From positions 434,001 to 498,000 of the forward strand of contig OY253676.1 in the NCBI GenBank assembly GCA_958009085.1: a DNA stretch of 64,000 nt, in the 5' to 3' direction. Positions 58,178-64,000 of this stretch are shown one piece after another. Position 1 is the stretch's first letter. Each line of letters begins with the position of its first letter. The DNA is from Protoeuglena noctilucae. Its lineage: Eukaryota. The position numbers were made by a program, and so were the translations under genes. The notes under the pieces are model-generated. The model did not search any database. It worked only from the letters and a program-made list of their open reading frames with translations, and was not told the DNA's origin.

Positions 58178-61100
58178 ATGGTCGAGCCAGCGGACAGCCA
58201 CGAGCCGCTTTTGGCGGTCAACGGGCGCGCAGAAGCGGACCCCCCCGAGAGCCCAGTCCACCGCAGCCACCGCGGCCCGCCTCGCCGAACCCTCACGCAA
58301 GGTGGGCGCCACGTCCACGCGACGGCGATTTTGCAGTCGCATCGAGCGCGCGCGCGTGCGCGAGTGCGCGACGCGGCGAGGGCCGGGTCTTGCCCGCGAG
58401 CTGGTTTTTCGACGTGCCCTGCGCCGTCGTCGCCCCCGCAGTTTGCCCCTACATCTTGGTGAACGAGTTCTGTGAGCGTCTGGCGTACTACGGCCTCGCA
58501 ACGAACCTCGTGGTGTACTTGACGGACATCATGGGGATGGACACGTCAGGTCAGCGGCCCCCGCCTACTGCGCCGCGCGTGCGCCGGTCTGTGGACGGCA
58601 GCTGACAAGTCCGCTCGCGATGTTTCTGCAGACGCGGCCGTGGCGGTCAACAGCTGGTCGGGGTCCTGCTACGTGTTCCCGCTGCTTGGCGCGTGGATTG
58701 CTGACTCTGCGTGGGGCCGATACAAGACTATCCTTGTCTTCTCGTGGATATACCTTTGTGGCATGCTCCTCCTGGCCTTCAGGCGAGCCGCGTGGCGCCC
58801 CCGTCGACGTAGCCCTAACGCAACGCCCCGCAGCTGCTCAGCCGCTCCTCCGGACCCCCGCAGTGCGGCTAAGCCGTCCCTGACTCCCCCGCCGGGCCAG
58901 TCAGCGACGCCCCTGCAGTTTGGCGCGCTGTACGCGGCGCTCTACATCGTCGCGGTGGGCACGGGGGGCATCAAGCCCAACGTGAGCGCGTTTGGGGCCG
59001 ACCAATTCGACCCGAGGGACCCTCTGGACAACCGGGACAAGGAGTCCTTCTTCAACTGGTTCTACTTCTCCGTCAACATCGGCTCCCTCATCGCATCGAT
59101 CGTCATCGTGTACGTCCAGGAGCAGATCTCCTGGGCCATCGGGTTCGCCATTCCGGGCGCCGCGATGCTGGCCAGCGTCGTCATCTTCATGATGGGCACC
59201 AGGCGGTACAAGGTGAGCGTTGACAGCGCCATGTCGCGACGCAGTGCCCGATGCGCCCTCGCTGGGCCACCCACGCACCCTGCATCGAGACCCATGCGAC
59301 CGCACCGGACACATGGGGTCACGCTCGCCGCCACTCGCAGCACTCGAAGCCCTCCGAGAGTCCCATCTCCCGCGTCGTTAAGGTCATCCTGGCGTCCTTC
59401 CGCAACCGAGCGTCTACGCGAGAAGACATCGACGCGACGGTCGAGGAGGAGGCGACCGTGCTGCATGCCAAGGCGAGTGCGCTGTGGTTGCTGGGCCGAG
59501 ATTGCGAAGAGTCGCAGCGTCATGTCACGGGTGGTGGGGAGTCTCGTCTGCGCTGCCGTGCCTGCAGGGTCGCCGCCTGGCCCGCACCACGTCACACAAG
59601 TGGCTCGAGGCCGCGTGCGTGGACCCGAGGGCGTCCACGGCGACCGGGGACGAGGAGAACGCTCCCGCGCTGCGCACCCGCCGCGTCACGTTCACCCTGC
59701 GGCAGGCGAGGGGCGTGCTTGGTGCTTGGTGCTTGGTACTGCAGAGCCCGGCAGGCCATGGGATTGCAGTGTGGGCACTGCTGTGGCCCACCGCGCGCCT
59801 CAGCCTCTCTCGCCGAGCACCTCGACGGTGCCGCCGCGACGCCGCCAATACAGTCAGTCCATCCAAAACGTGCTGACGTCGTGTCCTGCCCCGTTTGTGC
59901 CCAGATCGAGGAGGTCAAGCGCGTCCTGCGTCTGATGCCCATCTTCTTCACCATGATCATGTTCTGGGCCGTTTATGCCCAGATGTCCTCCCTCTTCGTG
60001 GTCCAGGGCGAGCAGATGGACAGGCGAGCGCGGATGCAGGGGCAAGCGAGAGATTGCATGCGCTGGTTGACACCGTCCGTGGCCTGTTAGTGTTGACATG
60101 AGGGCCAGAGAGCATCTGGCGACCTCACCGCTGTTGTCTCGCAGGCACATCAACGCATTCGGCCTCCGGATGGTGTTTCCCGCTGCCTCCCTCTCGGCCG
60201 TAGACACCATCGCCATCATTGCCCTCATCCCCGTGTACGACCGAGGTGAGTGCTCCTACTTGTGGGGCACATGTATGATTGCCTGGGGTTGTCGGAATAC
60301 GGCCCACGCTCTCTCAACCTCATGTGTAAAAAATCACACAGTGTGTTGCAATGCACGACCCCCCGCACCTGTGCGCCGCAGTCATCCTGCCCTGGCTGAC
60401 GCGGATGGGCCGCAAGCCCACGCAGCTGCAGCGCATGGCCTGGGGCCTCTGGGTGGCGCTCCTGGCCATGGCCACGGCAGCCGTGGTGGAGGCGTGGCGC
60501 CTGCACCTGGCGCGGCAGGGGCGGTTCGTGGACGTTCCCCCGAGGGACCTGGCGAGCGCCGAGGGCCTCCGTGGCTCCTCGTCCGGCCGCGCCGTCGCCC
60601 TGTCGGTCATGTGGCAGGTCCCGCAGTACTTCCTGGTCGGCGCTGCGGAGGTCCTCACCGCCATTGGGTGAGGGCCGCGCTTGGGACCGTCATTGGCGTC
60701 GATGAACCCCATAGCATGCTGACCCTCTGCGCTGTCTGATCCATAGCAACCAATCTAATCCCTTCGCTGTCGCTACCCCGCTGACCATCAGTACGCCCCA
60801 TCTCCACACAGCTCACTGCCCCAACACACCTCACGGCCCCACCGTCTCTCCCATCCCCCTCGCAGCCAGCTGGAGTTCTTTTACGAGGAGGCCCCCAAGA
60901 TCATGCGCAGCTGCATGATGGCCCTGGAGCTCCTCTCCACGGCACTGGGGGCGTACCTGGCCGGCATCATCATCTACTTAGTCAAGCTGGCCACCATCTT
61001 ACTCGGACAGGGGCCCGAGGGATGGATACCCAGGTGACTGCCACGCTAGTTGAACGCACCCTATCGCGCTACTCTCAACTGACTGTGCTGCCGGGGTCAT

Positions 61101-61950
61101 GTCGCCAAGCTGCCGCCCACGCAGCCGACCCGCAGTGCGCGTCCAGCCCCACTTAGCTCATCGCTTTTTCTTTTTCGCTCTCTCTCGCAGGGATTTGAAC
61201 CGCGGCCACCTGGACTGGTACTACGGGAGCCTGGCGGTGTTAATGCTCTTCAACATCGGGTGGTTCCACCGCGTGTCGAGGCAGTACGTCAAGCGGGCGC
61301 GGGAACACCACGTGGCGCCCTCACGGAACACCACCCACCACGGTCGCGGGAGCCGACTGCGCACGGCCACGCAGGGGCATACGCTGCAGGACCTGGGTGC
61401 GCTGCCGGAGGGGGCGAGCGTGTCAGGGAGTCACCTGGGCGCGGAGGACATCGAGCGGCTGCGGGAGAGCTCGTCGGTGTTTGGGGGCGGGCGGCCGCCA
61501 AGGCACCCCAGTGGTGCCGGGAATGGGGACGCGCAGGGAGAGGGGCAGCCGGGGGTGGGCATTCCACGGGGGGAGGCCAGCGCATGGAACCACAGGCGAG
61601 GGCTCTTGCTGGGCGCATGGCGATGAATGGTGCAGATGCAGATCGACAGGGAGGGGTGCCGCTGCTCATCGACGCATGGCGTGGCATGGATGGGTGTGAC
61701 AGCTCCTTGGCTGCTTGGTATGTCTCTTGCGTCCTGTTCCATCCCGTCTGTCCCATCTGCACGTGGTTGGCTCGCGAGGGACGGCTTGTCCTGATCGTCT
61801 CATGACGTGTGTGTCTGCAGGCCGGGCGCTGCGTCTTCCGAGAGTGACGGCAGCCCGCCATCGGCAGGCGAGGAGGAGGAGGTGTACGGGAGGTCCCTGG
61901 CCGTGATGCAGACGCCGGCAATGCAGCACTTCCCGCTCCAGAAGCGATGA
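58178..61950 (+). CDS. NRT1/PTR (NPF/POT) family proton-coupled peptide/nitrate transporter, multi-exon
   Basis: EFCERLAYYG (ExxER), GAWIADSAWGRYKTI, GTGGIKPNVSAFGADQFD, FFNWFYFSVNIG, WQVPQYFLVGAAEV, LEFFYEEAP, LNRGHLDWYY. Confidence 0.95.
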
Positions 61951-62319
61951 GGTGGCGCAGAGATGGCCCTACGCAGCGCCACGCACACAGCTTCCATCCT
62001 GGGCACCCTCTTGCCCCTTCACCGGCAATAAGTCCTTTCGACAGGCCGCAGATCGCGTCACTCTGACACATGAGTTCACATATGAGCGTGTTCCGGACCC
62101 TGCCAGAGCCGCGCGTCGTTCTTGTTCTTTTGAAAGACACTGCCATGCAGATGGGCTGGATATCTTCGACCGAGAATGGTAGAACAGAAGGACAGGGTCG
62201 TGCTAGGTCCGCTTTCGATGAACAACAAAGATGAGCTCGGGCAGTGACACCCGTCGCCCATGAGACAGACAGATTACAAGGAGAGCGAAGGAATGGAGAA
62301 CGGCTGAGCTGATGCATCG

Positions 62320-63792
62320 TCACTTGGCTCTTGCCTTTCGCCACTTGTACACCGTGACGCCCCCCACTCGGCCCCCCTCGTCCTCGTATGGACTCTTCTC
62401 CCCGCCCACCACGATCTTCCGCACTCCCTTCCCACCCTTGCCCGACAGCTTCTTCTGGAGCTCCAGCCTGCAAGGAGCCACGCGCTGGCTGAGCTCAGCA
62501 GCTGTGCTCACATATCGGCAGCAGCTCCGACGGCCATGCATGGCCATCCATGCTACGCTGCCCTTCTGCTCAATAGCAACCCGACAATCCGCGTGTGACG
62601 GGCCAATGCAGACGCAACGCGCTTCCTACACACAGCTGGCCCCTCGCCTGTCCGCCACAGCACGGATCTTGTCGTGGGTCTCCGCACGCTGTGCCAGCTC
62701 CCGGTACGAAGCAAGCCGGTGACGCTCTGCCTTTTTCACCACGGCGGGCGCTGCGGGTCCCCCCGCGAGGAACTTGGGGTCCTCTAGCTGGCTCGACCTG
62801 CGTGCGACGGCACACGGCAGGTGGCAGGTGGATGGCACATGGTCATGAGCGCGCGGCCCGCGCTGCCCATGGATCCAACGGGCCACGAGAGAGCTGACAT
62901 CGTCTGCGCACCTGACGCGGTTGAACGCCCGGGACAGGAGGGCCTCTGGAGTGTCGAAGTGCTGGGAGGGGTCGAACTTGCGGGCCTCTTCCGCGGAATC
63001 CTGCGCACCAAGACACGCAGAGGGCCTTGATATCGAATGCCCAGCACGATTCGCGTTCAACCCCTCCGCCCGGTCCGCATCCGGCAGCTCACCACGAAGA
63101 CGGTGTGCTGGGACGGGGCCTGCACCCCCACAAAGTGCAGGTTTCGTTGCAGGCGCTCAATCTTCTTCATCTCTTGACCCGACTTGAGGCTCAAGTAGTT
63201 GACGTCTTGTGTCCGCATCAACGCGAGCTGCTCCTGCGCGCGTGGGGCCACGGCAAAAAGCCTTTGCGTGGGCGTCGCACCAGCGCGTCGCGCCCTGGGC
63301 CCCCTTCCCGCCGCCGCGCACCTGGGTGTACTTCTTAGCCTCCGCAGAGTTGACGACGTGAATCCCTTCCTTCGTCCGGCTCTTCTCCATCGCGAAATAG
63401 AACTCGTCGGGGTTGCGCTGCTCGGCCTTCTCCTGCGCGTGGACGGACAGGCGGGGGTCACGCACCTCGTGCCCGCACTCCTGATGCAGTAGAGGCGCAC
63501 ATGCCAGGCGCTGGGCTCGCCTTGAGCTTCTTGATGGCGTCATCCTTTTTGTGGAAGTCCCGAGCACGCTGCACGTAGTCCTTGTGCTTCTCCAGCAGGC
63601 CCAGCTTGCTCCGCCATCCCCTGCATCCAAGCACGCGAAAGCTGCATTGCTCGGGCCCAGGACAAAGCGGCTCTCGCTCGGCGCAGTCCGCACACGCACG
63701 ACTCACGGCTGCGCTCGCTCCTTGTGCGTCCTCCGCTTCACCACCTTGCTGAACGCCCTCTCGGACTTCAGCTTCATCGGACGCTGCCCCAT
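62320..63792 (-). CDS. UTP11: U3 snoRNP-associated protein UTP11, multi-exon
   Basis: RRTHKERAQP, LGLLEKHKDYVQRARDFH, RNPDEFYFAM, MRTQDVNY, FDPSQHFDT, VYKWRKARAK. Start could be 63792 or 63777. Confidence 0.95.
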
Positions 63793-64000
63793 GGCGCGCG
63801 TCGTCCGGCCCAGCAGGGCCGAAATGGGAGCCGGGGCTGCCGGTTGGAAAACGTGACAATCCTGCCCCGGGCGGGATAGATGAGGCCTCCTTCCGATCCC
63901 CAAGCTTACCCAGTTGCTACAGGAACACGCGTCTGGCCTCGGCGTCGCGCGAAACGCTCCTTCTCTGCCCAGTCGTCCGTCAGACCAGACAGACAGGAGC

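Noticed and set aside
60699..60742. GATGA...CTGA...CTGA C/D-like boxes in an NPF intron
   Set aside because: Too short, no terminal stem or identifiable guide; CTGAC is also the local branch-point motif.

Overview
Eukaryotic, GC-rich, gene-dense and intron-rich DNA, most consistent with a compact flagellated green alga (inference from CFAP99, a plastid-type transit peptide on a thioredoxin, and plant-type SKIP5/TORTIFOLIA1/NPF genes). I reconstructed about 24 spliced protein genes by hand: VPS45 (partial), La, RPN9, SYP81, CFAP99, a disrupted F-box/ankyrin gene, thioredoxin, ABCB, DDX51, DPH2, a TIN1-like gene, DIM1, a HIG1-domain gene, a DIxGA-repeat/EF-hand-like gene, ORC2, TORTIFOLIA1-like, CDH1/FZR, an AT5G66230-like gene, OPT, an unknown gene, SKIP5, an ARM-repeat gene, NPF/PTR and UTP11. 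The supplied ORF track is mostly exon fragments and GC-driven shadow ORFs. Most notable: (1) ORC2 appears spliced in frame to an N-terminal AP2/ERF-like DNA-binding domain; (2) at least 15 introns need or favour GC-AG splicing, mostly AG|GCGAG; (3) single in-frame TAG codons interrupt long reading frames in the TORTIFOLIA1-like and F-box/ankyrin genes; (4) DPH2 lacks two of three canonical Fe-S cysteines; (5) CFAP99 intron 1 has two hairpins each followed by ACAATT. Exon boundaries are manual, and family calls come from recalled motifs, not database searches. No rRNA, tRNA, CRISPR or recognisable transposon was seen.
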